A program made the position numbers and the translations under genes. Below, piece by piece: positions 15,433 through 27,400 of a stretch of 64,000 nucleotides of DNA; the stretch's first letter is position 1, and each line of letters starts with the position of its first letter. The notes below the pieces were generated by a model, which worked only from the letters and a program-made list of their open reading frames with translations, was not told the DNA's origin and did no database searches. Source of the stretch: Clostridiales bacterium (GTDB lineage: Bacteria; Bacillota; Clostridia; Christensenellales; UBA1242); the NCBI GenBank assembly GCA_015069395.1, contig SVIR01000001.1, positions 105,188-169,187 of the forward strand, written 5' to 3'.

Positions 15433-17658
15433 GTGGATATTATTTGGAAAGGTTTTAAAGGAGAAAGATGGAAACAAGAGATAAATGTTTCAGATTTTAT
15501 CTTGTCAAACTATAAGGAATATAAGGGTGACGATAGTTTCTTGTGTGGAGCAAGTGAAAAAACAAAAAAAGTTTGGGCTAGATGTGAAAAGTTGCTTGCA
15601 AAAGAAGGAAAAAAAGGACTTTTGGATGTTGAGCTCAAAGCAGTGTCTGGAATCAACACGTTCAAGCCGGGTTATATTGATAGGAAAAACGAAGTTATTG
15701 TCGGATTGCAAACAGATAAGCCATTAAAAAGAATTGTAAATCTTTATGGTGGCACTAGAATGGCAGAAAAAGCCCTTGAGGCTTATGGGAAAAAACTTGA
15801 TCCGAAGATTAAAAGATATTTTTGGGAATATCGAAAAACTCACAATGACGGAGTTTTTGATGTTTACACGCCACAAATTAGAAGGGCTAGAAAGGCTGGA
15901 TTAATCACAGGTTTGCCAGATGCGTATGGCAGAGGAAGAATTATCGGTGATTATAGAAGAATCGCTCTTTACGGAATAAATTTCTTGATTGAAGAAAAGA
16001 AAAAAGACTTTGCTAAAATCGAAGTGTCGAGTGAGGACACAATTAAAGTGAGGGAAGAGGTTTCAGAGCAAATAAAAGCTTTGGAAGAAATGAAAGCAAT
16101 GGCAAAGGGTTATGGCTTTGACATAAGTCAACCAGCTAAAAACAGCAAAGAAGCAGTTCAATGGTTATATTTTGGATATTTGGCTAGTGTAAAAGAAAAT
16201 AATGGCGCTGCTATGAGTTTGGGCAGAACGTCGACGTTTTTAGATATTTATATTGAAAGAGATTTGAAAGAAGGATTGATTACAGAGGAAGAAGCGCAAG
16301 AACTTATCGATCAATTTATTATTAAACTTCGTTTAGTTAGACATTTAAGAACCCCAGATTATGACGAGATTTTTGCTGGAGATCCTACGTGGGTAACAGA
16401 AAGCGTAGGTGGAATGGCAGACGACAAAAGGAGCTTGGTTACGAAAAACTCGTTTAGATATTTGCAAACTCTTATCAATTTAAACGCTTCTCCAGAACCA
16501 AACCTTACCATTTTGTGGTCTGAAGGGTTGCCAAAGAATTTTAAAAATTTCTGTGCAAAGATTTCTATCGAAACCGACGCAATTCAATATGAGGGCGACG
16601 ATGCAATGAGAGAGTTGTACGGAAATGACTATGCGATTGCTTGCTGTGTTTCTGCTATGAAAGTTGGAAAACAAATGCAGTTTTTTGGTGCTAGATGCAA
16701 TTTAGCAAAAGCTCTGCTTTATTCTTTAAATGGTGGAATTGACGAAAAATCAAAAGCTTTGGTTGTAGATGGTTTAGAAAAAAATACAGAAAAAGTATTG
16801 TCTTATGACAAAGTCTTAGAAAATTATAAAAAGACCCTCGATAGAGTTGCAGATACTTATGTAGATGCAATGAATATTATTCACTTTATGCACGACAAAT
16901 ATGCTTACGAAAGGGGGCAAATGGCTCTTCACGACACATATGTAGAGCGATTGATGGCTTTTGGTGCTGCAGGTTTTTCTGTTGTGGTTGATTCGCTTTC
17001 AGCAATAAAGTTTGCAAAAGTAAAGCCAATAAGAGACGAAGATGGGCTTATTGTTGATTTTGAAATTTCCGGAGAATTTCCAAAATATGGAAATGACGAC
17101 GATAGAGCAGATAAAATTGGCGTTGAGGTAATTCAATATTTTTATGACTGTCTTAAGAGATTTCCTCTTTATAGAGACGCAAAACATACGCTGTCGTTGT
17201 TGACAATTACATCAAATGTAATGTATGGCAAAAAAACAGGCGCGACTCCTGACGGAAGAAAGGCAGGAGAACCTTTTGCTCCTGGAGCAAATCCAATGCA
17301 TGAAAGAGACATATCGGGTGCATTAGCATCATTAAATTCTGTTGCAAAGATCCCTTACTGCAATTGTTGTCAAGACGGAATTTCAAACACGTTTTCTATT
17401 GTTCCAGAAGCTCTTGGTCACGATAAAAAGGCTCAAATCAACAACTTGGTAAATATTTTGGATGGTTATTTTATACAAAAGGCGCAACATTTGAATGTTA
17501 ATGTATTAAACAGAGAACTGTTGATTGATGCAATGAACAACCCTTGGAAATATCCAAGCTTGACAATTCGTGTGTCTGGATATGCTGTAAATTTCAACAA
17601 ACTGTCAAAAGCACACCAAAAAGAAGTTATATCAAGAACTTTCCACGAGGCTAGATAA
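15433..17658 (+). CDS. pflB: formate C-acetyltransferase (pyruvate formate-lyase)
   Basis: [32 protein letters not shown] active-site Cys pair and glycyl-radical [10 protein letters not shown]. Confidence 0.98.
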   Translation: MDIIWKGFKGERWKQEINVSDFILSNYKEYKGDDSFLCGASEKTKKVWARCEKLLAKEGKKGLLDVELKAVSGINTFKPGYIDRKNEVIVGLQTDKPLKRIVNLYGGTRMAEKALEAYGKKLDPKIKRYFWEYRKTHNDGVFDVYTPQIRRARKAGLITGLPDAYGRGRIIGDYRRIALYGINFLIEEKKKDFAKIEVSSEDTIKVREEVSEQIKALEEMKAMAKGYGFDISQPAKNSKEAVQWLYFGYLASVKENNGAAMSLGRTSTFLDIYIERDLKEGLITEEEAQELIDQFIIKLRLVRHLRTPDYDEIFAGDPTWVTESVGGMADDKRSLVTKNSFRYLQTLINLNASPEPNLTILWSEGLPKNFKNFCAKISIETDAIQYEGDDAMRELYGNDYAIACCVSAMKVGKQMQFFGARCNLAKALLYSLNGGIDEKSKALVVDGLEKNTEKVLSYDKVLENYKKTLDRVADTYVDAMNIIHFMHDKYAYERGQMALHDTYVERLMAFGAAGFSVVVDSLSAIKFAKVKPIRDEDGLIVDFEISGEFPKYGNDDDRADKIGVEVIQYFYDCLKRFPLYRDAKHTLSLLTITSNVMYGKKTGATPDGRKAGEPFAPGANPMHERDISGALASLNSVAKIPYCNCCQDGISNTFSIVPEALGHDKKAQINNLVNILDGYFIQKAQHLNVNVLNRELLIDAMNNPWKYPSLTIRVSGYAVNFNKLSKAHQKEVISRTFHEAR

Positions 17659-18356
17659 TGACAGGAAAAATAGCAAGTTTTGAAACTATGGGGCTCGTAG
17701 ATGGCCCGGGGGTAAGGTTTGTAGTGTTTATGCAAGGCTGTCCTTTGCGTTGTGCGTATTGTCACAATCCTGAAATGTGGAAAATGTCAGATTATAAATA
17801 TGAAATGACTGCGCAAGAACTTGTAGACAAGGTAAAAAAATACAGAACTTATTTTGGCGAGCAAGGAGGAGTAACCGTTTCTGGAGGAGAACCGTTGTTG
17901 CAAAAAGAATTTGTAACAGAGTTCTTTAAATTATGTAAAGACAATTCGATTCATACTTGCTTGGATACATCTGGATTTGGCGAAAATTATGAAGAATTGC
18001 TAGATTATTGTGATTTGATAATTTTAGATGTTAAAGAACTTGATTCTGAAAAATATACTGCGCTCGTAGATCAAAAAATAGACAAATTTTTTAAATTTGT
18101 AGAAGTTTGTCAAAAGAAATCAAAGAAACTTTGGTTAAGGCAAGTTTTAGTTCCGGGGTATAACGATACGGAGGAGAATGTTTTTAAATTAAAGGCTTTT
18201 GCCAAAAGTTTAAAAAATGTTGAAAAGGTAGAACTTTTGCCTTTTCATAATATGGCAAAAAGTAAATATGAAAAACTAGGGATTGATTATAAATTAAAAA
18301 ATTTTCAAGAAATGGACAAAGAAAAGTGCAAAAAACTTGAAAAATTGTTAAAATAA
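17658..18356 (+). CDS. pflA: pyruvate formate-lyase activating enzyme (radical SAM)
   Basis: VDGPGVRFVVFMQGCPLRCAYCHNP (CxxxCxxC) and GGVTVSGGEP. Translationally coupled to pflB. Confidence 0.97.
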   Translation: MTGKIASFETMGLVDGPGVRFVVFMQGCPLRCAYCHNPEMWKMSDYKYEMTAQELVDKVKKYRTYFGEQGGVTVSGGEPLLQKEFVTEFFKLCKDNSIHTCLDTSGFGENYEELLDYCDLIILDVKELDSEKYTALVDQKIDKFFKFVEVCQKKSKKLWLRQVLVPGYNDTEENVFKLKAFAKSLKNVEKVELLPFHNMAKSKYEKLGIDYKLKNFQEMDKEKCKKLEKLLK

Positions 18357-18378
18357 GCAGGCAAAACCTGCTTTTTTT
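18355..18378 (+). terminator. terminator after pflA
   Basis: aagcagg-caaaa-cctgctt followed by a T-run. Confidence 0.8.
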
Positions 18379-18411
18379 ATTAAAAACATTATTTTTGTCA
18401 AAACTTTTTGT

Positions 18412-19059
18412 GTGGATTTTGTGCTTTTGGGAATTGCGCTTCTATATTTTATAAAAGGATTTTGCAAAGGTTTTGTTGCAATTGTTTTTTCTTTATGTGC
18501 AACTATACTGACGATACTTTTGTCAATAGAACTTTCGCAGGTATTGGGAGATCTTTTAGTTTCAACAAGTTTTTTTGACCTTGTACAAGGTGGTTTGCAG
18601 GCCATTGTTGACAAAGTTTTTTCTGGTGAAGTTTCAACTGTTGTTCAGCTGATGGCCTTGATAAGTGGCTCGGTTTTTGGAAAATTTCTTCTTCCGATTT
18701 TGCAAAATGTTGAATTTGATGGAAATATGAGTGCTGGACAAATCTTGTCGCCGACATTAAGTCTTGTGGTTTGTAGAGTTTTATTATTTCTTGTTGTTTA
18801 TTTGTTTTTGTCTTTAATTTTTAATCTAATAAAAAAAGTCTTTAATAAAAAACTCTTAAAAATAACGTATGGAAACAGATTTATGGGAGGTGTTTTGGGG
18901 GTAGTAAAAGGCATTTTGATTTCGTTGGTTGTTTATGCGTTGTTGTATAATCTCGCCAACTTGTTTTTTATTAAAAGCTTAGTGAATTTTTGTGAAGGCT
19001 CGGTAGTGTTAAAGCATGTCTATGAAAAAATTGTTTTGCTTTTCGGAAAAATTTTCTAA
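18412..19059 (+). CDS. CvpA-family membrane protein
   Basis: D...L....IKGFCKGFV near the N-terminus and NRFMGGVLGVVKG. Multiple TM helices. Confidence 0.75.
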   Translation: MDFVLLGIALLYFIKGFCKGFVAIVFSLCATILTILLSIELSQVLGDLLVSTSFFDLVQGGLQAIVDKVFSGEVSTVVQLMALISGSVFGKFLLPILQNVEFDGNMSAGQILSPTLSLVVCRVLLFLVVYLFLSLIFNLIKKVFNKKLLKITYGNRFMGGVLGVVKGILISLVVYALLYNLANLFFIKSLVNFCEGSVVLKHVYEKIVLLFGKIF

Positions 19060-19227
19060 AACGGAATCAGAAGTGTTTGGAATGTTGTCGTTTTTGTCTT
19101 TTAAATTGTCATGCTTGAGTTTAAGATTTATTATCAATCCTATTTGAACAATTATTGCAACGACAAAGATAGATATCAAAATCATGGAAACTATTTGAAA
19201 TGCACTATACTTTTTTTTGTTTTTCAT
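19009..19227 (-). CDS. small bitopic protein in the DivIC position (divergent septum-formation initiator-like)
   Basis: Basic N-terminus, one TM helix and a short coiled segment. Third gene of the yabP-yabQ unit. Confidence 0.5.
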   Translation of the reverse strand: MKNKKKYSAFQIVSMILISIFVVAIIVQIGLIINLKLKHDNLKDKNDNIPNTSDSVLENFSEKQNNFFIDML

Positions 19228-19552
19228 AACCTCTTTCCTTGAGGTTATTGTACCATTTTATTATTGGTTTTGCAAGAAAATTGTTTGATAAAAAGCGTTG
19301 GATAAAAAAGGATAAGAAAAAGCCACAGAAAACAAAAATTCTAAATTGACCAAAATTAATCTTTAAATTCAACAAAAAATAGAGAAAAAGCAATAAAAAT
19401 GCGCAAATAAATGAAAAAACGTTTCTTAAAGCCACAGATTTTTTGATTTTTAATGATAAAATAGCTTTAAAATCATACAAAAAGCCACATAAAAAACCTC
19501 CCAAGCAAATCAGCAAAAATATTTGTGGTTGGGACAATGTTTCGTAAAGCAT
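19205..19552 (-). CDS. yabQ: spore cortex biosynthesis protein YabQ
   Basis: Q..IFL.....GF..G.LYD...N.GQFR.F motif. Follows yabP. Confidence 0.85.
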   Translation of the reverse strand: MLYETLSQPQIFLLICLGGFLCGFLYDFKAILSLKIKKSVALRNVFSFICAFLLLFLYFLLNLKINFGQFRIFVFCGFFLSFFIQRFLSNNFLAKPIIKWYNNLKERGYEKQKKV

Positions 19553-19794
19553 TATTTGAAAATCCTTTTAAAAAAACTAGTCGGTTTTTTTGTGTATTTA
19601 AGGCTTTCTATATTCCCAGAAAATACAACTTCTTTATTTTCTAAATCTAGTTTTGTGACTTCTAGATTTTCTCCTGCGATTACTAAGTTTGTGCTTCCGA
19701 CCTCAACTACGGACTGTGAGGTTGTTGAAGATATAACTTTTGTCGCCCCGTTTATGGTGATTTTTTTTCTATCTTCTAAAATTATATTTTCCAT
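19552..19794 (-). CDS. yabP: sporulation protein YabP
   Basis: IILEDRKKITINGATKVIS...LVIAGENLEVTKLDLE..V.FSG.IESLKY...FFKRIFK. Confidence 0.9.
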   Translation of the reverse strand: MENIILEDRKKITINGATKVISSTTSQSVVEVGSTNLVIAGENLEVTKLDLENKEVVFSGNIESLKYTKKPTSFFKRIFK

Positions 19795-19811
19795 AATTGC
19801 TCCTTTTTTGT

Positions 19812-19840
19812 TTGTGAAATAGTTTTATATAAGGTATAAT
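19812..19840 (+). promoter_or_regulatory. sigma-A promoter placing the TSS at the start codon (leaderless)
   Basis: TTGTGA-17 bp-TATAAT (19835-19840), then ATG at 19847 with no SD. Confidence 0.6.
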
Positions 19841-19846
19841 ATCAAT

Positions 19847-20668
19847 ATGATAAAAAAAGAAGTTTTAGTAGAAAAAGATAGAAAATTGGCTGAAAGCTTA
19901 CAAGATTTTGGATTTTCGTTTGCAGATGTTAACAAAATGTTGCGCAACAAAGATGTAAAAGTTGACGGAAAGACTGAAAAACAAAACGTTTTGGTGACGG
20001 CAGGAAGCCAAATTGTCTTTTATTATTCTCCAGATATGTTAGAGAAAAAGTTTGAAAAGGTTTTTGAAAGCGAAGATGTGATGGTTGGCTATAAGTTTCC
20101 TGGTATTGAAGTTGAAGGTGAAAAAGGTTTAGAAGGTGTTTTGGGCACGATTGCTGTGCATCGTTTAGATAGAAATACTGAAGGGTTGATGGTTTTTGCT
20201 AAAAACGAGAGCGCCTCAGGATTATTGTCACAGGCGTTCAAAAAAAGTTTGGTTCACAAATTTTATATAACTGAAGTTGTTGGAGAGTTTAAAACTTCGA
20301 AAAAAACTTTTAGGGCGTATCTAAAAAAAGATTCAAATGAGTCAAGAGTAAAAATATTTCAAGGTAAGGTTTCTGGAGCTGTCGAGATATTGACCTCAAT
20401 TAAAACATTGAAATCAAACAGTCAAAGCAGTATGTTGGAAGTGGAGTTGTTGACCGGAAAAACGCATCAAATCAGAGCCCATTTGTCATATCTTGGACAT
20501 CCAATAATTGGTGACGGGAAGTATGGAAAAAACGAAATTAACAAAAAATTTCAAAAAAACAGACAAAAATTGGCTTGTTTTAAACTTAAATTTGATTTTG
20601 TTGGTATAAACGAGTTAAATGGAAAGGTGTTTGAAAGGTTTCCGAGTTGGTATTGTGACAATCGTTAA
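19847..20668 (+). CDS. RluA/RluC/RluD-family RNA pseudouridine synthase
   Basis: S4-like N-terminus, catalytic motif HRLDRNTEGL and TGKTHQIRAHL..LGHPIIGDGKY. Confidence 0.93.
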   Translation: MIKKEVLVEKDRKLAESLQDFGFSFADVNKMLRNKDVKVDGKTEKQNVLVTAGSQIVFYYSPDMLEKKFEKVFESEDVMVGYKFPGIEVEGEKGLEGVLGTIAVHRLDRNTEGLMVFAKNESASGLLSQAFKKSLVHKFYITEVVGEFKTSKKTFRAYLKKDSNESRVKIFQGKVSGAVEILTSIKTLKSNSQSSMLEVELLTGKTHQIRAHLSYLGHPIIGDGKYGKNEINKKFQKNRQKLACFKLKFDFVGINELNGKVFERFPSWYCDNR

Positions 20669-20689
20669 AGTTGTTGCATAAATATATCT

Positions 20690-21151
20690 ATGAACCTTTA
20701 TCACAAAAATTCTTATTATGAAGGCTTGTTGCAAGATTTTTATGGTGGTGCAAAAGGGTGTTTTTCAGCCTTTATGCACTTTTTTTATCAGTTTAACCAA
20801 AGTTTAGTTTATCAAGAATGTGAAAAAGAGTTGTTCGAAAAGCTCTATAACTTCGAACTGGAAAATTGTAAAATGTTAAGCAAAATGATTTTAAGTTTAG
20901 GTGGAGACAATAAATATTATTCCAGTTCAAAGCGTTTTTTGTCCGGAATAAATATTGATTATATAAAAAATTTTGAGCAGGTTTTGCGTTTGGATATAGA
21001 AATTTTAGAAGTTTCTGTTATTGATGCGAAGAGATTGATTGCTAAAATTGACAATAAAAACATAAAAAATGAGCTAAATGAGATTTTGAAAAATAAGAAA
21101 AACGAATTAAAAATTTTAAAAGATAAATATTTGCAAATTAAAAATATTTAA
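20690..21151 (+). CDS. ferritin-like (Mn-catalase/CotJC-related) protein with degenerate metal ligands
   Basis: Y..LL.D.YGG, MILSLGG and L.LDI....L...ID spacing match four-helix ferritin-like spore proteins, but the ExxH ligands are absent. Confidence 0.6.
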   Translation: MNLYHKNSYYEGLLQDFYGGAKGCFSAFMHFFYQFNQSLVYQECEKELFEKLYNFELENCKMLSKMILSLGGDNKYYSSSKRFLSGINIDYIKNFEQVLRLDIEILEVSVIDAKRLIAKIDNKNIKNELNEILKNKKNELKILKDKYLQIKNI

Positions 21152-21419
21152 AAAAAGTAAGAAAAAAGTCGCAAAAAACGCAAAAATATTAATTTTTTTG
21201 ATATTTTTTTAGTTAAAAAATAAAAAATATAAAAATTGTTGCAATAAAATAAAACTGCTTTATTTTTCGGAAGGTTTAAGCTTTTCTGAAAATATTTTTT
21301 TTATTTATATATTATATAATTTTCTTTCGATTTTTATTTGATAAATTTGTCAAATAAGTGATAAAATATCATTAAGAAAAATTAGGCTTGCAATTGAAGT
21401 TTTTTGTAAGGGGTTTCAT

Positions 21420-24400
21420 ATGAAAAAATTTAAGACGTTGATGTTGTCTATGGTTGCTCTTATATTGGGCACTTTTTTGACGGCTTGTACTTTTAAAGAG
21501 GCTGAGGCAAACTTTTCTCAAGAGGTTGTTTATTTGGAAGAGGGAAAAGAGCTTAAACTGGACGATTATTTGTCTGTTAAAGGAATTGAGAAAAGTGAAG
21601 TTTCTTATGAATTCTCAAATCCTTTGTTGTTTGATATAACAGGAAAAACTGTCAAAGCTAAAGAAAACCAATCGGGATCTTCTTTTGTTTATGCGACTTA
21701 CAAAAACAATAGTTTGGATTCTATGCAAATCGTGGTTAGAAAAGACTTTGCAAAACCAAGTGGTTTTTCAATGAGTGAAAATGGGTTGATTTCTTGGACG
21801 CATTCTGCTTCATTTTTTGAAAATGAAAATTCTCCAACAAAAGCAAGTCAATATCTGGTAGAAGGATTTTATAGAGCTTATTCCACTGATGGAACAGCAA
21901 GTGTTGAACCGAAAAATATTAGTGAGACGGTAAATACAAATCAATATCAAATTCCTGAAGGACAATATGGTGAATATACTTTGACAGTGCAAGCTTTGTC
22001 AGTAGGAAATTTTGACGAGAGCGAAAAGTCTGAAGAGAAAACTTTCTATTACGGCTATATGCCAAAGCTTGAAGCAGAGAGACTTTCCTGGACAACTGAT
22101 GGTATGTTTTCTTGGGATGTTTCAGATTTGGATTCTGCTTTAGTTTCAAGAATGAGTTTTAAAGTAAAGTTTGACGATTTGATATTAGAAAACACTCATA
22201 CAACAAACTCTGCAAATTTATCTACATATTTTGACAATGCAAAGGCTGGCTCCCACAAATTGTCGATAATGATTTATGACAATCAAAACAAATTGATTGT
22301 GAGAGAAAGTGAAGGGTTGGAAGTTGTTAAACACGAAGTGCCTACTGTTGAATATGTTGAAGGACTGTTAAAGATTGTTTCGACTGAGAATGTTGAAGAA
22401 TACAAAATTTATACTTCTCGTGTAGGACAACCTCAAACCATTAAAAATATGGGCGAAGATGTTTATACGGCCTTAGACTCTCTCGCTTGTGGTTTGTATA
22501 CTGTTGAAGTTGTGGCTTATACCAAAGACGGAAATTTTTATCAAAGTGATAGAAAGCCTTTGGATAAACAAATTTATAAACTTGACACCGTAATTTTAAA
22601 TGGTGTTGGTGGAAACGAAGAGAACGGACAATCTTTTAAAGCATTGGCAGAGACAGATACGAGTTTGGTTGATGTTCAATTCAAGATTCTAGGTCTCGAA
22701 ACAACTCAAGTTGTTGATGGTTTTGAAGCAGGAGAGTTTACAAAAGAATTTTCAATTGCGATAACTGAAGGAGGAACATATCAAGTAAGTGCTGTGTTGA
22801 CGGCAAAAAACATAAACAATATAGTTGGCGAAGGAAATGATGTTTATGTTTTGAATAGTATTGAAAGCGAAGCTTTAGAGATAGTAAAGGTCGATGCTTT
22901 TGAAGGAAATTTGGTTCATAAATATGATACAAGTGAAAATTTTTCTGAAATCTCTTTCGAAAAAGTAAATGGTGCTACAGATTATGTGGTGTATTTCTAT
23001 AACAACGAAAATTATGAGCCTGTACCAGAGAACTTCTATCAAGTTGATTTAGATAATTCAAAAATTGTATTTACAGATAAGATTGAAAAGTTGTTTGCTG
23101 CACAAGATAGTTTCAAATTTAAATTGGTTGCAACTACACAAAATGAGACTCTATCTATAAATTCTGCAAAAGAAAAAGAGATTGATGTTTTGAATCCTCC
23201 AGAAACAAACAATAGTGGAAATTCTTTAGACAAAACGTACTCTTGGGCTCAAGTAGAAGGCGCTGATGCTTATAGACTGGAATATGCTGTGCTAGACAAA
23301 AACACATATGAAGGTGGTATTGGTGAGATTGAAAATCCAAGTTTGACAATTGTAAATAACATTCAAACAAACTCTTACGCTTTTTCACAAAACGGATATT
23401 ATTATGTAAGGGTTTATGCTCTTTCAGAAGACGAAAACGTTTCGATCTCTTCAGTTGAGTATCTTGAAGAACTATTCTATCTTGCAGATAAGCTGGTTTT
23501 GGGAGATATTGAATTTGGATATTCGGAAGAATATAAAAATTATTCAGAATTTTCTCAAGCTTCAGGTTATTTCTTGAAGATAGAAAAAGTGGAAAATATT
23601 GACGAATATCAAATTGAGCTTACCAATGGAAATTCTTCAACATATATGCAGTCTGATACTGCACAAGAAAGTTTGTTCTTACTTGCAGAAGGTTTTGCGA
23701 CTGAAGGTGTTGATGTTGAAATCTCAGTCGTTGGAATGTCGACAGAAGATCCTGTTATTTTTGAAGATAGTGATACAAAATCTTTGACAATACACTTGTT
23801 GAAGGCGATTGGTTATGACGATGTTGAAGTAGTTGATTTGGCACAAAGATCGTTGACTATAAAAAATAGAGAAGGCTCTACAGGGCTTTTCGTAAAGAAT
23901 ATACAAACAGCAGATACATATACCAAAAATTCTGGAGAAGATGCTGTTGTAAATATAGCATCTCAATCAAATATTGAACTTGAAGTAGAGCTTTATGGAA
24001 CGGAAAGAGTTGGAAACATTTATCAATCTACAGAAAAAATTTATTTGCCAAACAAAACAAATAGTTTAAGGTTTGAACGCATTCAAATGCCGAAAAATCT
24101 TAATTATTATAATGGAAATCTCGTGTTTGAACATACAATGTCTGCAAATGTGAGTTATTATATCGTAGATATGTATTGTTTGATGGCAGACGACACGGAA
24201 ACAAAAATTTCAATTGTCTTGAGTTCAAGCTCCTATCTGATGGGAGAAAGGCTGTCAGAAAACATTTCAATTGGAACTGGAAGTACGTTTGTTGAGACTT
24301 CAGCTTCAAACATCACGATAAAAGTTTCTGATTTGATAGAACAATTTCAATCTTTGATCCCTGATTTGATTGGACAAGTTGTTGGAGTTGAATTTGAGGT

Positions 24401-27400
24401 TTATGGATATCAAAGCAGAAAAGATGCTGATAAAATGATTCTTTCAACTTTGCCTGCTACAATTTATGGTAACGACACAGAAACAAGAGAACGAGTAGAA
24501 AAAATTTCTGCCAGAACTTTGACACTGTCTTATGATGTTTCAAACTATACTTTGTCTTGGGATGAAGTTGTAGAAATTCAAGATTCTTCTATTGCGGCTC
24601 AAACACAATATGAAATTTATAGTGTGGGTTCTGAAGGAGCCACTTTGCTCAAAACGATTTCGGGGGCAACGAGGTTCAACCTTGAAAGAAGTGACTATTC
24701 AACAAAAACAAATTATGAATTTTACATTGTAGCAACAAATCCATATTATTTGCAATCAGGGCAATCAAATGCAATTAGATTTTACAATTTAAGTGCTTTA
24801 GAAAAAGTGACAATTACAAATGATGGATATATTTCATATCAACACCCAGAGATGGATTATATCGAATATATACAATACAAAATTGATGGTGGGTCGGCAC
24901 AACAAGATGCAACAGGAAGAATAGAAATTGCAGGGGCTGGAGAATATAGTCTTAAAGCTGTTGGAAAACAAATTCTTGATGGCGAAACAAAGATATATTA
25001 TATAGATAGTCAAGAATCTATTTGGACTCTTGCCAAAATGGAAACGATAAAGCCTACAAGCACAGAGCTTGATTATGCAAACAACAAAATCACTTGGGAT
25101 GCTTTTGGGGTGGAAAAAGGGCTTACAACATTAAGTTATCTTGTGATGTTTAAAGACGAAAATGATTCGGCCGTTCTTTATGAAACCAAAAACTGTGAAG
25201 TAGATTTTACGACAGACACGACATTATACAATTCTTTTGCGGCTTTAGCTGAAGGTGATATTGATGTTTCTGTCTATGCAGTTTTAAAACCATATTCGAC
25301 TGTTGCTGGACAAACTGTTTATTATGCAGATGCAATAGATCTTTTAAATGGAAATTCGGAAAGAAATCATTTTGCCTATACTTCTACAAACATCAAAAAA
25401 CTTTCAACTCCAGTAGTGGAAAGCGTGGAATTTTTGCACAACGCAGATTTGAGCGATGCTCAAACCCCAGTCATAAAAGTAACATTTAGTGGAAACTTTG
25501 CAGTGGGAGATGTTTATTCGGTGTTTATAAATGACCAAGCTGCACCAGTTTATTCTTCAACGATTTCTGAAGTGGGACAACAAAGTTTTGAGCTCGCTAG
25601 AGAAATTTACAACAATGGATTTGCTTCAGGACAAACAATGACAATCAAAATTAAAGTTACAGGAGATACATCATTGCCTTCTTCTACTGGAAGGGTTGAT
25701 ATTATAAGAGCCACTGATTTATCAAAAATTTCGTTTGTCAAAGACAAAGGATTTACTCAAACTTTGAAGGTTGAAATTGATCCAAAAGACGTTAACTGTT
25801 TGGCCGGAGGAATCATATTAAAAATAGATATAACATCTGATAAAGATTATATTATATATAAGAAAGTAGATTTTATTGGTAGTGAAAATCCTTATGCAGA
25901 ATATCAATTAAGTGACATTTTTGAAACTTACCTAACTGATGGTGGAACAATCAAAGTTTCGGGTTTTGTAAATAATTATGCAAATGATACTGAAACTAAA
26001 TATTATCTCGCTTCTCCAAATCTTGTTACAGGCGAACAATATGCTGTTTTAAAATCGGTACAAGAAGCTGCATTGACAAGACAAGAAGGTGGATTTGTTA
26101 TTGGAACTGCAAACAACCCATCTACAACATACGTGGTTAGTTATGGTTCTGAAAATTATGATGTATCTGGAAACTTCTATTTTGAAATCCCAGATGCTTG
26201 GACAGACGGAAGTTATACGCTCAATATTTATGCTCAAGAAGAAGGTTTTGTTGATTCTTGCAAAACAGAAATTGTGTTTAATGTTTCAAGAATTGCAAGC
26301 GTTGAAAGTGTTTCGATGCAGAGAAAAAATGCTGACGATATTTCAGAAATAACACTTTCTTGGGATGCTGTATCTGGTGCGACAGGATATAGACTTGAAA
26401 TGTTTAAGAGTGGCACAGACAACTTGTTGTTTACTGCCAATTTGGGTACAGAAACAGAATACACTTTGGGAGAAATTTTTGGAGATAATTATGCTACATT
26501 GATTGAGAGTGGGTTTAACGAATTAAACTTCAACAGTGACTATGCTGTTAGATTTGAATTGGTTACAATCGGAAACACAAGCAAGAACGATTCACATATT
26601 TATGATTTTGAAGCGACCTTTGCAGGAAACAATTTGTTAGAGACATTAAACTTGCAAGACTCTATTTCTGTTGACGAGTATGGTTTTATTCAATTTAATG
26701 CTATAGAGGGAACAAAATATATTTATCGTTTTGTAGATAATAGTGGTGTTGAATTAAAACAATGGGAAGAAATTGTTGCTGAAAGTGAAAAAGTAAAAGT
26801 TGATGCAAGTGAAATTGACGAAGATATTTTGTCTGCCAATACTTTGTACAACATTGAAATTATCGTGCTTGGCACTGCTTCAACAGAAGGTGAGTCTTCT
26901 TCTGCAGATTTCAACTTTAAATTGGATTCTTTAAAAGCAACTTCTCATAGAAAAGATTTGACTTTTGCCATCAATCCTTCTGCAGTTTCAGTTGGATATT
27001 TTGTTCAGTTGCCATCAAGCTTGGCATTTACCATGGCGTCAAACTCTTTCACAAAAATCTATGCAGGTCTTTCTGAAGATGCCCTTGAAAAAGGAGAGGT
27101 TGTTGAGTTTGTTCCAGAAGAAACAGAAATCCCTGCAGGAGCAAACCAGACGGTTTATTCTTATTCTCCATTAGATTTGATAAATCTGTTTGACAAAGCA
27201 GGTTTTGTCTTAGATCCTGACACAACTACTATTGATCTTTATTTCTGGACGTATAGAGAAACAGAAAGCATTGATAGCAGTTATACAAATTCCAGACACT
27301 ATGAATTCTCGTTTGATTATGTTCCAGAAACAACGTTTGAGGGCGTAAAGAAGATGGGGCTTAATGATGGAACAAACACAAACTATGATGGTTTGGGTTA

